A stretch of DNA of 64,000 bases from positions 21,074-85,073 of the forward strand of contig DAOKZI010000006.1 in NCBI GenBank assembly GCA_035325705.1, given 5' to 3'. The translations under genes were made by a program, and so were the position numbers. The notes beneath the pieces were generated by a model that worked only from the letters and a program-made list of their open reading frames with translations, did not search any database and had not been told where the DNA came from. Source of the stretch: Gammaproteobacteria bacterium. GTDB taxonomy: Bacteria; Pseudomonadota; Gammaproteobacteria; Ga0077536. Shown here piece after piece: positions 18,720 through 28,047 of the stretch; positions within the stretch are counted from its first letter, which is position 1, and each line of letters begins with the position of its first letter.

Positions 18720-21640
18720 TGCGGCTCTCCTTCGCGTTCGGCCTGCGCGCTGCCGCCGAGGTATTCGCGCGGCGTATCGAGCGTCCGGCCCGTCGCCTCG
18801 CCCTTGAGCGCGAGGCCTCGGCGCAAGATCTCCGGCGCATGCGCCCGCGCCGGCAAGACCTCGAACAGCGGTGCGGTGGCGCCGGCTTCCTGCGGCCGGC
18901 ATTTCTCGAGGCGCACTCGCAGATCGAACCAGGCGGCCTGGCCGGTCAGCGGATCGGCGTTGAGCGCTGCACGCGCCGGGCCGGTGTGGGTCGGGATCAG
19001 ATGGTTCAGCAGAAAGCCCTGCGTGCTCTCCGGGGCGTCGGCGGCGAGCCCCCACGCGCCGCGCCGCTTGCCGAGCGCGTTCCAGGTCCACACCGTGTGC
19101 GGATTCACGCCGCGCATGGTCTGCACCTGCGCCTTGACGCGACCGCCAGGCGCGAGGATCCAGGCCCAGTCGCCGTCGGCGAGGCCCGCCGCGGCGGCGG
19201 CCTCGGGATGCACATAGAGGACATTGCGCGCGCTGATCTGCCGCAGCCACGCGTTCTGCGCGCCCCAGGAGTGATACATGTGCATCGGCCGCTGCGTGAT
19301 CGCGTGCAGCGGATAGTCACCCGCCGGCGGCGCGAGCGGCTGCCACAGCGGCAGCGGATCGCAGTGCTCGCGCAAACGCGCGCGCAGAGGCGCGGGCGGC
19401 TGCAGCTCACCGTGACCCGTGGCCGCGAGCCGGAACTTCTGCAGGATCTCGCTGTAGAGCTCGAGCACGATCGGCTGCGCCGCGCCGATCCAGCCCGCCG
19501 CCACTGCGTGCTCGAGGTAGGCGCGGTTCGCGAACCGGTAGTAGCGCAAGGTAGGCGGCAGCTCCGCGCGAAAGAAGCAGCCGTTCTCCACATAGCGTTC
19601 GAGCTGCGAAGGGTTCGGCGCGCCGCGGAAGGACAGGCTGCCGTCCTCGCCGCGCCAGCCGGCGAGCGGACCGACGTCGTTCGCGCGCATGTGATGCTCG
19701 AGGTAGTCGCGGTAGCCGCCGGGATAGCGCGGGCTGCCGTCTTCGCGCGTCATGCCGGGCAGGCCGAGGCGGGCGCCGAGATCGAGCAGCACGTCCTGGA
19801 ACGGACGCACGTCGCGGTCGGGCGCCACGACCGGCTGGCGGATCGCGTCGGCCGCGCCGTTGGCGTCCGAGATCGGCCGATCGAGCAGCGAGATGCAGTC
19901 CCAGCGCTCGAGATAGGTCGTGTCCGGCAGGACGAGATCGGCATAGGGCACGGTCTCGCTGTAATAGGCGTCGACGTAGACGATGCGCGGGATGCGGTAC
20001 TCGCCGTCCGCGCGTCGATCGCAGAGCTGCGCGAGCGTCGCCGGGACGTCCATCGCCGAGTTCCAGGCCATGTTCGCCATGTACAGGAACAGCGTGTCGA
20101 TCGGATAGGGATCGCCTTTCCATGCGTTGTGGATCACGGTGTGCAGCAGGCCGTGCAGGGCGAGCGGGAATTCCCAGCTAAAAGCCTGATCGAGGCGCTC
20201 CGGCTTGCCGTCTGCGTCGTGCAGCAGGTATTCGGGGCCGCGCGGAAAGCCGAGCGGCATGCGCGTCAGCGGCTGGCCGGGCGCGCTGCCGGTCGCCGGA
20301 CTGCCCGGCGGCGGGATCGGGCGCGGGAACGGCGGCTTGTAGCGAAAGCCGCCGGGCACGTCGATCGTCCCGAGCAGCATCTGCAGCGCGTGGATCAGGC
20401 GGCAGGTGTGGAAGCCGTTCGCATGCGCCGAGATCCCGCGCATCGCGTGCATCGAGATCGGCCGCCCGATGAACTCGGCGTGCTCGCGTCCCGCCGCGTC
20501 GATCCACGGCCCGGGCAGCGCGATCGTCTGCTCGAAAGCGACCGCGGCGAGCTCGGCGGCGAGCGCGCGGATGCGGGCGGCGGGAATGCCGCAGTGGGGA
20601 GCGACGGCCTCGGCCTCGAAGCAGGGATCGAGGAAGCGGCGCGCAAAGCCTTCGAAAGCCGGCGCCGCGCGGCGTCCGTCGGGCGTTTCGACGGCACCGA
20701 CGAAACGCGGCGCTTCCGCGCCCGGCGCGGGCACGAGCGCGCCGCTGCGCGCGTCCACGCACAGCGCCCGCCCCTCGGCGTCGCGCGCGAAGAGGCCGTG
20801 ATCCGGCGCGCCGGGATCGTCGATCACGAGCCAGGCCGCGTTGGTGTAGCGCGCGAGGTAGGGCCAGTCGATCTTCTCCGCGGCGAGCAGCTCGTTGATC
20901 AGCGCGGCGACGAGCAGGCCGTCGCTGCCGGGCGTGATCGCGAGCCATTCGTCGGCGATCGCGGAATAGCCCGTGCGCACGGGATTGATCGACACGAGCT
21001 TGGTGCCCGGCCGCGCCTTCAACTGGCCGAGCCCGATCTTGATCGGATTGGAGGCGTGATCCTCGGCGACGCCGAACAGCAGGAGCAGCCTGGTGTGCGC
21101 CCAGTCCGGCTCGCCGAACTCCCAGAACGAGCCGCCGATCGAATAGAGCCCCGCGGCCGCCATGTTGACCGAGCAGAAGCCGCCGTGGGCGGCGTAGTTG
21201 ACGGTGCCGAACTGCTGTGCCCACCAGCCGGTGAAGGACTGGCTCTGATCGCGGCCGGTGAAGAAGGCGAGCTCGCGCGGCGCGCGCGCGCGGATGTCCT
21301 GCAGCCAGCCGGCCGCGAGGGCTAGCGCCTCGTCCCATTCGATCTCGCGGAACTCGCCGGCGCCGCGCGGGCCCACGCGCAGCAGCGGCTTGCTCAAGCG
21401 CGCCGGGGAATGTTGCTGCATGATCCCGGACGCGCCTTTCGCGCAGATCACGCCGCGGTTGACGGGATGATCCGGGTTGCCGTCGATGTAGCGCACCGCG
21501 CCGTTCTTCAAGTGCACGCGGATGCCGCAGCGGCACGCGCACATGTAGCAGGTGGTGGTGCGGATCTCGTCGGCGACGGCGGGGGCGGTGTCGACGGGCG
21601 ACTCGGCGCTGCGCCGGCCGGGCTCAGTGCCGTCGGCCAC
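18716..21640 (-). CDS. molybdopterin-guanine-dinucleotide oxidoreductase catalytic subunit without a Tat signal (putative SoeA-type sulfite dehydrogenase)
   Basis: 974 aa. N-terminal TTCYMCACRCGIRVH FeS motif, with no RRxFLK. The sizes 974/241/310 aa, the A-B-C order and the absence of signal peptides match cytoplasm-facing SoeABC. Confidence 0.75.
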   Translation of the reverse strand: MADGTEPGRRSAESPVDTAPAVADEIRTTTCYMCACRCGIRVHLKNGAVRYIDGNPDHPVNRGVICAKGASGIMQQHSPARLSKPLLRVGPRGAGEFREIEWDEALALAAGWLQDIRARAPRELAFFTGRDQSQSFTGWWAQQFGTVNYAAHGGFCSVNMAAAGLYSIGGSFWEFGEPDWAHTRLLLLFGVAEDHASNPIKIGLGQLKARPGTKLVSINPVRTGYSAIADEWLAITPGSDGLLVAALINELLAAEKIDWPYLARYTNAAWLVIDDPGAPDHGLFARDAEGRALCVDARSGALVPAPGAEAPRFVGAVETPDGRRAAPAFEGFARRFLDPCFEAEAVAPHCGIPAARIRALAAELAAVAFEQTIALPGPWIDAAGREHAEFIGRPISMHAMRGISAHANGFHTCRLIHALQMLLGTIDVPGGFRYKPPFPRPIPPPGSPATGSAPGQPLTRMPLGFPRGPEYLLHDADGKPERLDQAFSWEFPLALHGLLHTVIHNAWKGDPYPIDTLFLYMANMAWNSAMDVPATLAQLCDRRADGEYRIPRIVYVDAYYSETVPYADLVLPDTTYLERWDCISLLDRPISDANGAADAIRQPVVAPDRDVRPFQDVLLDLGARLGLPGMTREDGSPRYPGGYRDYLEHHMRANDVGPLAGWRGEDGSLSFRGAPNPSQLERYVENGCFFRAELPPTLRYYRFANRAYLEHAVAAGWIGAAQPIVLELYSEILQKFRLAATGHGELQPPAPLRARLREHCDPLPLWQPLAPPAGDYPLHAITQRPMHMYHSWGAQNAWLRQISARNVLYVHPEAAAAAGLADGDWAWILAPGGRVKAQVQTMRGVNPHTVWTWNALGKRRGAWGLAADAPESTQGFLLNHLIPTHTGPARAALNADPLTGQAAWFDLRVRLEKCRPQEAGATAPLFEVLPARAHAPEILRRGLALKGEATGRTLDTPREYLGGSAQAEREGEPQ

Positions 21641-21734
21641 GATGGGTCTCGGAATTCATATATGCCAGAATCATATAAGCTCAGAACTTTCCCAGCCATC
21701 CGCGCCCGATGTCTCTAGGCTACTGCTCGCCGCC

Positions 21735-23279
21735 ATGACGCAGCGTCCTGCCGTGCGGCCGCAGTGGGGCGATCTCGTCGCGGGCCTGAGCGTCGCGCTG
21801 GTGCTGATCCCGCAGTCGCTGGCCTATGCCGAGCTCGCCGGCATGCCACCGGTGTACGGCCTCTACGCCGCGATCCTGCCGCCGATCGCCGCCGCCTTTT
21901 TCGCCTCCTCGCCTTATCTGCAGACGGGTCCCGTCGCGATCACCAGCATGCTGACGCTCGCCGCGCTCAGCGGTCTCGCGCCGCCGGCGAGCGCGGACTA
22001 CGTCGCGCTCGCGGCGCTGCTCGCGCTGACGGTCGGCGCGCTGCGGCTCGCGATCGGCGCGGCCGGCGCCGGCTTCGTCGCCTTTCTGATGTCGCAGCCC
22101 GTGATGATGGGCTTTTCGAGCGCCGCCGCGCTTCTGATCCTCGCTTCGCAGCTACCGCCGCTGCTCGGTCTCGAGGCGATGCCGGGAGAGGAGATCTCGC
22201 GCGCGCTGGCGGCGCTCGCGCGGCCCGGGGAATGGTCGCTGGCCGCGCTCGGCTGCGGCATCGGCACGCTCGCGGCAATCGGTGGCGGACGGCGGCTCCA
22301 CGTGCTCTTCCCCGGCGTGCTGGTCGCGGTCGCCGTCGGCGTGCTGATCGGCCGCTACGCCGACTACGGCGCGCCGCTGGTCGGTGCGATTCCGCGCGAG
22401 CTGCCGCCGTGGGGCTTCGATCTGGCCTGGGGACGCGCGCGCGAGCTCCTGGTGCCCGGGCTCGTCATCGCCTTCGTCGGCTTCGCCGAGCCGGCCGCGA
22501 TCGCGCGCACGCTGGCCACGCAGGATCGCAGTCCCTGGAGCGCCAATCGCGAGCTGATGGGGCAGGGCGCGGCGAACATCGCGGCCGCGCTGTCGCACGC
22601 CTTTCCGGTCGGCGGCTCGTTCTCGCGCACCATGGTCAATCGCACGGCCGGCGGGCGCACGCGCTGGAGCGGCGCCGTGGCCGGGCTCGCGGTCCTCGCC
22701 TTCCTGCCCTGCGCGCCGGTGCTGGCCGCGCTGCCCAAGGCCGTGCTCGCAGGCGTGATCATCGCGTCCGTGCTGAAGCTCGTGCGGCTACGCGCGCTGT
22801 GGCGGATCGGCGAGGTGTCGCGCGCGCAGGCCTTCGTCGCCTGGAGCACCTTCGGGCTCACGCTGTGGCTCGCGCCGCGCATCGACGTCGCGGTCGGCAT
22901 CGGCATCGTGCTCGGCATCGCCGTGCACCTGTGGCGCGAGCGGCGCATCCACATCGGCGTGCACTACGAGCCCGCCGCGGGCGAGCTGCGGCTCGTGCCG
23001 GTCGGCGTGCTGTACTTCGGCTCGGCCAACGTCGTCGACGAGAAGCTGCTCGACGAGCTGGTGCGCCACCCCGAGGCGAAGCGCGTGATCTTCGATCTGC
23101 GCCGCGTCGGGCGCATCGACTACACGGGCGTGATGGTATTCCAGCGCATCGTCGCCGACGCCCAGGCGGCAGGGCTCGCCGTGCACATCGTCCCCGGCGA
23201 TCCGCCGCAGGGCGAGCGGCTGCTCAGACGCGTGTTCGGCGAGGATTCGCCGGTGATCCTGCGCGATCCGGCGCGCTGA
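21735..23279 (+). CDS. SulP-family anion transporter with a C-terminal STAS domain
   Basis: The internal ATG at 21735 gives MTQRPAVRPQWGDLVAGLSVALVLIPQSLAYAELAGMPP. The STAS tail reads VIFDLRRVGRIDYTGV. Confidence 0.85.
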   Translation: MTQRPAVRPQWGDLVAGLSVALVLIPQSLAYAELAGMPPVYGLYAAILPPIAAAFFASSPYLQTGPVAITSMLTLAALSGLAPPASADYVALAALLALTVGALRLAIGAAGAGFVAFLMSQPVMMGFSSAAALLILASQLPPLLGLEAMPGEEISRALAALARPGEWSLAALGCGIGTLAAIGGGRRLHVLFPGVLVAVAVGVLIGRYADYGAPLVGAIPRELPPWGFDLAWGRARELLVPGLVIAFVGFAEPAAIARTLATQDRSPWSANRELMGQGAANIAAALSHAFPVGGSFSRTMVNRTAGGRTRWSGAVAGLAVLAFLPCAPVLAALPKAVLAGVIIASVLKLVRLRALWRIGEVSRAQAFVAWSTFGLTLWLAPRIDVAVGIGIVLGIAVHLWRERRIHIGVHYEPAAGELRLVPVGVLYFGSANVVDEKLLDELVRHPEAKRVIFDLRRVGRIDYTGVMVFQRIVADAQAAGLAVHIVPGDPPQGERLLRRVFGEDSPVILRDPAR

Positions 23280-23315
23280 ACGAAAGCGCCGAGCGGCGGC
23301 AAGCCTTGTCTTCCC

Positions 23316-23500
23316 GTAGCCCGGGTGCAGCGTAGCGAAACCCGGGATCCGGCATGTGCAATATGCGATAGCCTTCTTCTCGGATGTATGAGAGGACGGC
23401 GGGCGCGGACCCCGGGTTACGCGCTGCGCGCTCCACCCGGGCTACGACACCGCCGTTCATCATCTAGGCCGTAGGTTGGGCTGACGCAGGAAGCCCAACA
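23316..23500. repeat. REP-like inverted pair plus hairpin motif
   Basis: REP units at about 23316 and about 23408. Hairpin ggttgggctgacgcaggaagcccaac at about 23468-23495. Confidence 0.75.
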
Positions 23501-23594
23501 TCTTCGTCGTGGCGCCGAACGTTGAGCTTCCTCCCGTGTTCTCCGTGGCTGGATTAACCGGCATATCAGGCGTCGCCGAAGCCCAGGATGCTTT

Positions 23595-24767
23595 TCAATA
23601 CGAACGCGGCATGCCGAGGTTGTGCTGCGCGATGAAGTTCAGAATCATCTCCTCGGACACCGGTGCGAAGCGGAACAGGCGCTGGTCGCGCCACAGGCGT
23701 TCGAGGTGGTATTCGGACGCATAGCCCATGCCGCCCAAGGTCTGCATCGCCTGGATCGTCGCCTTGTCGCAGGCCTGCGAGGCGATCAGCTTGGCCATGT
23801 TCGACTCGGCGCCGAAGGGCTGGCCCCGATCGCACAGCGTCGCCGCCTGGTAGTTCATCAGCCGCGCGCAGCCGATTTCGGCGAAAGCCTGCGCGAGCGG
23901 GAACTGGATCCCCTGGTAGGCGCTGATCGGCGTCTTGCTGAATACGCGGCGCTCGTTGGCGAAATCGACGGCGAGCTTGAGCGCGAGATCGACCGTGCCG
24001 CAGAGACCGGCGGTGGTGACGATGCGCTCGGTGTTCAGCACGTCCAGGAGCTGCGGCCAGCCGCCGTCGAGGGTGCCGACGAGATCGGCGGGCTCGAGGC
24101 GCACGTCGTCGAAGAACACGGTCGAGGAGTCGAGCGTGTTGGTGCCGAGCTTGTCGATGCGGCCGAGGCTGACGCCCTTGCGGCCGGTGTCGATCAGGAA
24201 GAGGGAGATGCCTTCGGTCTTGCGCTTGACCTCCTCGATCTTCTTCGTGCGGCAGACGATCAGCGTGATCCCGGACGACAGCGCGCCCGTGATCCAGTGC
24301 TTCTTGCCGTTCAGCACCCAGCCTTCGCCGTCGCGGCGCGCGAAGCTGGTGATCTCCAGCGTATTGGTGCCCGCGTCGGGCTCGGTCAGCGCCATGCAGC
24401 AGACGAGATCGCCGGCGATCAGCGGCGGCAGGTATTTCTGCTTCATCTCGGCCGTGCCGTAGCGCGAGATCGACACACCGCCGAAGATCGGGTTCAGCAT
24501 GAAGAGCTGGCCGATCGTGCTGCCGCCGCCGCCGCGCGCAAGATTCTCGATCGCGAGCGCCATCTCGAGCATGCCGAGCCCGCTGCCGCCGTACTCGTCC
24601 GGCAGCGCAACGCCGCCGATCCCCGCCTCGCAGGTCGCCTTCCAGAACTCCTGCGGAAACGCCTTGCGCTTGTCGTGATCCCGCCAGTAGTCGAGCCCGA
24701 ACTTCTCACCGAGCTTGCGCGCGGTGTCGGCAATCATCTTCTGCTCGTCGGTCAGTTGAAAATCCAT
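23595..24767 (-). CDS. acyl-CoA dehydrogenase
   Basis: 390 aa with ACAD N-terminal, middle and C-terminal domain motifs (ALTEPDAGTN...; GMGYASEYHLERLWRD). Confidence 0.9.
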   Translation of the reverse strand: MDFQLTDEQKMIADTARKLGEKFGLDYWRDHDKRKAFPQEFWKATCEAGIGGVALPDEYGGSGLGMLEMALAIENLARGGGGSTIGQLFMLNPIFGGVSISRYGTAEMKQKYLPPLIAGDLVCCMALTEPDAGTNTLEITSFARRDGEGWVLNGKKHWITGALSSGITLIVCRTKKIEEVKRKTEGISLFLIDTGRKGVSLGRIDKLGTNTLDSSTVFFDDVRLEPADLVGTLDGGWPQLLDVLNTERIVTTAGLCGTVDLALKLAVDFANERRVFSKTPISAYQGIQFPLAQAFAEIGCARLMNYQAATLCDRGQPFGAESNMAKLIASQACDKATIQAMQTLGGMGYASEYHLERLWRDQRLFRFAPVSEEMILNFIAQHNLGMPRSY

Positions 24768-24835
24768 GGCTGGCTCCTGAAATGGTGTGCGCGTGGACGT
24801 GTCCGTGCATGCCCTTGGTGCCTGGAAGTCGGGCC

Positions 24836-24998
24836 ACAGAGAACACCGAGAACACCGAGGAATTCATGATTGCGCGCTCGATGGTCATACGAGCCGGGTT
24901 CCGGAGTAAGCCCCTGTTTGCCGCTCACGAAGTCCGCAAACGTTGAAGCGGCACCCACGCCTTCTCGCTCTTCCTCGGTGTTCTCTGTGTTCTCGGTG
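24836..24998. repeat. MITE-like element (family 2) of about 160 bp
   Basis: The left end cacagagaacaccgagaacaccgaggaa (24836) is inverted relative to the right end ttcctcggtgttctctgtgttctcggtggc (about 24966). These flank about 100 bp. Confidence 0.65.
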
Positions 24999-25041
24999 GC
25001 CATATCGACGGGTTCCGTAGCACCAAAGCCGAAGTGCCGGC

Positions 25042-26259
25042 TCAGCGCGCCACGAGCAGCAGCGACAGCGGATCTTCGAGGCGCGCGACGATCGCGTCGA
25101 GCAGGCGCGCGCCGTCCATGCCGTTCAGCACGCGGTGATCGCAGGCGAGCACGAGGTTGAGCTCTTGGCGCAGCGCGGGCTGGCCGGCGGCGTCGGGGCG
25201 GAATACCGCTTCGGTGCGGCCGACGCCGAGGATGCTGGCCTGGCCGGGCAGCACGATCGGGAATACGTGGCGCACGCGCGTGCCGCCGAGATTCGACACG
25301 CAGATTGCGCCGCCGCCGCTGTCCTGCGCCGTCAGGCGTCCGCTGCGCGCGCGCTGCGTGAGCTCGGCGAGCGCCTGTGCGTTGTGCACCAAGGGATGGC
25401 GGCCGACCCGGCGCGCGACGCCGACGTAGAGGCCCTTGTCCGTCGCCGCGGCGAGCGCGACGTCGCTGTCCGCGAGCTCGACGGCCCCGTCGTCTTGCCA
25501 CACGCGGCGGAACAGCGGCTCGGCCTCGAGCGTGAGGCCGACGGCCTGCACGATCCAGTGCGTGAGCGTGAGCATTTCGCAGCCGGCGCGGGCCTTCGCC
25601 TGCCGGTGCAGCTCGAGCAGCTTGCCGACCTCGGCCGCGGCTTCGAGATAGAAGTGCGGGATCTCGCGCTTGCTCTGCGCCATGCGCGCGGCGACGGTGC
25701 GCTGGGCAGCCGTCAGCGCGACGGGCTGCGCGGCGCCGGACGCGATCGCGGGCGCCGGCTGCGCGGCGCGCGGCGCCGGGATCGTGGGAGCAGTCGGCAC
25801 GTCGCAGGCCTTGATGCGGCCCTTCGGACCCGTGCCGGCGACGAGCGCGAGATCCACGCCGCGGGCGCGCGCGAGCTTGCGCGCATGCGGGGTCGCGAGC
25901 AGACGGCCGTCCCGCGCCGGCGCGGCGGATGCGGGCGCCGCAGGGGGCGCCGGCGCGGGCGCCGCGGGAACCATCGGCGCGGCCTTGGATGCCGCGGCCG
26001 GGACGCCGGCCAGCGGGCTGCCGGCCCAGGTCGCGAGCGCGGTGCCGACCTCGACGGTCTCGCCGGGCTGCACGAGCAGCTCGCCGATCGTGCCGGCCTC
26101 GTCGGCCGCGATCTCGTTCGCGATCTTCTCGGTCTCGCAGACGTAGAGCAGATCCCCGGCGTGCACGGCCTGGCCGGGTCGGACCAGCCATTCGACGAGG
26201 GTGCCTTCGGTCATCGTCAGCCCGAGCTTGGGCAGACGGATCGCGCGTTCGGCGCTCAC
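25042..26259 (-). CDS. dihydrolipoamide acyltransferase (E2) of a 2-oxoacid dehydrogenase complex
   Basis: GTG start. Lipoyl domain (CETEKIANEI), then a Pro/Ala linker, then the catalytic domain (DHRVLNGMDGARLL). Confidence 0.85.
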   Translation of the reverse strand: MSAERAIRLPKLGLTMTEGTLVEWLVRPGQAVHAGDLLYVCETEKIANEIAADEAGTIGELLVQPGETVEVGTALATWAGSPLAGVPAAASKAAPMVPAAPAPAPPAAPASAAPARDGRLLATPHARKLARARGVDLALVAGTGPKGRIKACDVPTAPTIPAPRAAQPAPAIASGAAQPVALTAAQRTVAARMAQSKREIPHFYLEAAAEVGKLLELHRQAKARAGCEMLTLTHWIVQAVGLTLEAEPLFRRVWQDDGAVELADSDVALAAATDKGLYVGVARRVGRHPLVHNAQALAELTQRARSGRLTAQDSGGGAICVSNLGGTRVRHVFPIVLPGQASILGVGRTEAVFRPDAAGQPALRQELNLVLACDHRVLNGMDGARLLDAIVARLEDPLSLLLVAR

Positions 26260-26263
26260 CGGA

Positions 26264-27055
26264 TCATTCGCCCTTGAAGTGGGCCGCGCGCTTGCCGAGG
26301 AAGGCCTGGCAGCCTTCGTGCGAATCCTTCGAATCGAGCACGAGCCCGATCATCGCCTGCTCGTAGGCGAGCGCGGCGGGCATCGGCATGTCGATGCCGT
26401 TGCTCATCGAGCGCTTCAGCAGCTTGAGCACGAGCGGCGACTTGTGGGTGATCTTCGCCGCGATCTCGCCGACCTTCGCCACCAGTCGATCCGGCGGCAC
26501 GACGTGGTTGACGAGGCCGAGCGACAGCGCCTCAGTGGCGGTGATCTGATCGCCCGTGTACATCAGCTCCTTGGCGCGGCACGGCGGGATCTGGCGGATG
26601 AAGCGCTGCGTGCCGCCGGCGCCGGGGAAGAGGCCCAGGGTGATCTCGGGCAGGCCGAGCCGCGCCTTGTCGGACACCACGCGCACGTCCGTGCACAGCA
26701 GGATCTCGGTGCCGCCGCCGAGGGCCCAGCCGTTGACCGCGCAGATCGTCGGCTTGTCGCTGGTCTCGATCTTGCGGAACACGCGATGGATCACCTCGGC
26801 GAATTCCTGGTAGTGCGCGAGTCCTTGGCGCGAATCGAGATCCGCGATGTCGCCGCCGGCGACGAAGGCGCGATCGCCGGCGCCGGTGAGCACGATCACG
26901 CGCACCTCCGGGTTCTCGAGCGCTTCGCCGAAGGCCGCCTCGAGCTCGAGCAGGGTCGGGATGTCGAGGGCGTTCAGAGTCGACGGACGATTGATCGTGA
27001 GCCACGCCTGGTGGTCACGGACGTCGAGCAGGATGTACTGGCGTGGAGTCGTCAT
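26264..27055 (-). CDS. enoyl-CoA hydratase/isomerase (crotonase family)
   Basis: MTTPRQYILLDVRDHQAWLTINRPSTLNALD...ICAVNGWALGGGTEILLCTD. The N-terminal part of ORF 26264..28978 belongs to a different frame and is ignored. Confidence 0.85.
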   Translation of the reverse strand: MTTPRQYILLDVRDHQAWLTINRPSTLNALDIPTLLELEAAFGEALENPEVRVIVLTGAGDRAFVAGGDIADLDSRQGLAHYQEFAEVIHRVFRKIETSDKPTICAVNGWALGGGTEILLCTDVRVVSDKARLGLPEITLGLFPGAGGTQRFIRQIPPCRAKELMYTGDQITATEALSLGLVNHVVPPDRLVAKVGEIAAKITHKSPLVLKLLKRSMSNGIDMPMPAALAYEQAMIGLVLDSKDSHEGCQAFLGKRAAHFKGE

Positions 27056-27069
27056 GAGGGTTTCCGTGT

Positions 27070-28044
27070 TCAGGCCATGACCCGCTCGATCGCCGCGAGC
27101 AGGCGCGCGGCGTCGGGCAGGTAGGCGCTTTCGAGATTGGGAGCGTAAGGCGTCGGCATGAACGGCGCGCCGACGCGCAGGATCGGGGCATCGAGCTCGT
27201 CGAAGCCGACGTCGGCCATGCGCGCGGCGATCTCGGCGCCGACGCCGAAGGCTTCGACCGCTTCGTGGAAGACGACGAGGCGATGCGTGCGCGACAGCGA
27301 GGCCAGCACGCCGGCCTCGTCCCAGGGCTGCAGCGAGCGCAGATCGAGGATCTCGAGCTCGACGCCGCGCTCGGCCGCCTGTGCCGCCGCCGCTTCCGCC
27401 TGGTACAGCGCCGCGCCGTAAGTGACGACGGTGACGTCGCGGCCGGGCCGCGCGATCCGCGACTGGCCGAAGGGGATCGCGGCCGGCGTCTCCGGCATGT
27501 CGCCCTTGCGCGCGTACAGCGCCTTGTTCTCGATGTAGAGCACCGGGTTCGGCGAGGCGATCGCGCTGCGCAGCAGGCCGTAGGCGTCGGCCGGCGTCGC
27601 CGGGCACACGACGTTCAGGCCCGGCACGTGCGCGAACCAGGCTTCCAGACACTGCGAGTGCTGGGCGCCGGCGTTGACGCCGCCGCCGTGCGGCGCGCGC
27701 ACGACGAGCGGCACGGCGGTCTGGCCGCCGAACATGAAGTGCGCCTTCGCCGCCTGGTTCACGATCGCGTCCATCGCCAGCGTGCAGAAGTCCATGAACA
27801 TGATCTCGGCGACCGGCCGATAGCCGGACAGCGCCGCACCGGCCGCGGTGCCGACGAGCGCAGCTTCCGAGATCGGGAAGTCGAACACGCGGCCCGCGCC
27901 GAAGCGCTGGTACAGCCCGCGCGTGACGCCGAAGGGGCCGCCGGCCTCGCCGATGTCCTCGCCGAGCAGGATCACTTTCGGATCGGCCTCCATCGCATCC
28001 GCGAGGGCCTTGCCGATCGCCTGACCGAAACGCATCTGTTCCAT
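27070..28044 (-). CDS. 2-oxoacid dehydrogenase E1 component beta subunit
   Basis: 324 aa with a transketolase-like pyrimidine-binding domain. Confidence 0.9.
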   Translation of the reverse strand: MEQMRFGQAIGKALADAMEADPKVILLGEDIGEAGGPFGVTRGLYQRFGAGRVFDFPISEAALVGTAAGAALSGYRPVAEIMFMDFCTLAMDAIVNQAAKAHFMFGGQTAVPLVVRAPHGGGVNAGAQHSQCLEAWFAHVPGLNVVCPATPADAYGLLRSAIASPNPVLYIENKALYARKGDMPETPAAIPFGQSRIARPGRDVTVVTYGAALYQAEAAAAQAAERGVELEILDLRSLQPWDEAGVLASLSRTHRLVVFHEAVEAFGVGAEIAARMADVGFDELDAPILRVGAPFMPTPYAPNLESAYLPDAARLLAAIERVMA

Positions 28045-28047
28045 GCT

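Noticed and set aside
18635-21325. 896 aa plus-strand ORF opposite the molybdopterin subunit gene
   Set aside because: It is antisense to a gene with FeS Cys motifs and molybdopterin-domain sequence. Its composition is Arg/Ala-rich.
24752-26191. 479 aa minus-strand ORF overlapping the E2 gene in another frame
   Set aside because: The lipoyl and catalytic domains are in the 25042..26259 frame. This ORF is the Arg-rich alternate frame.
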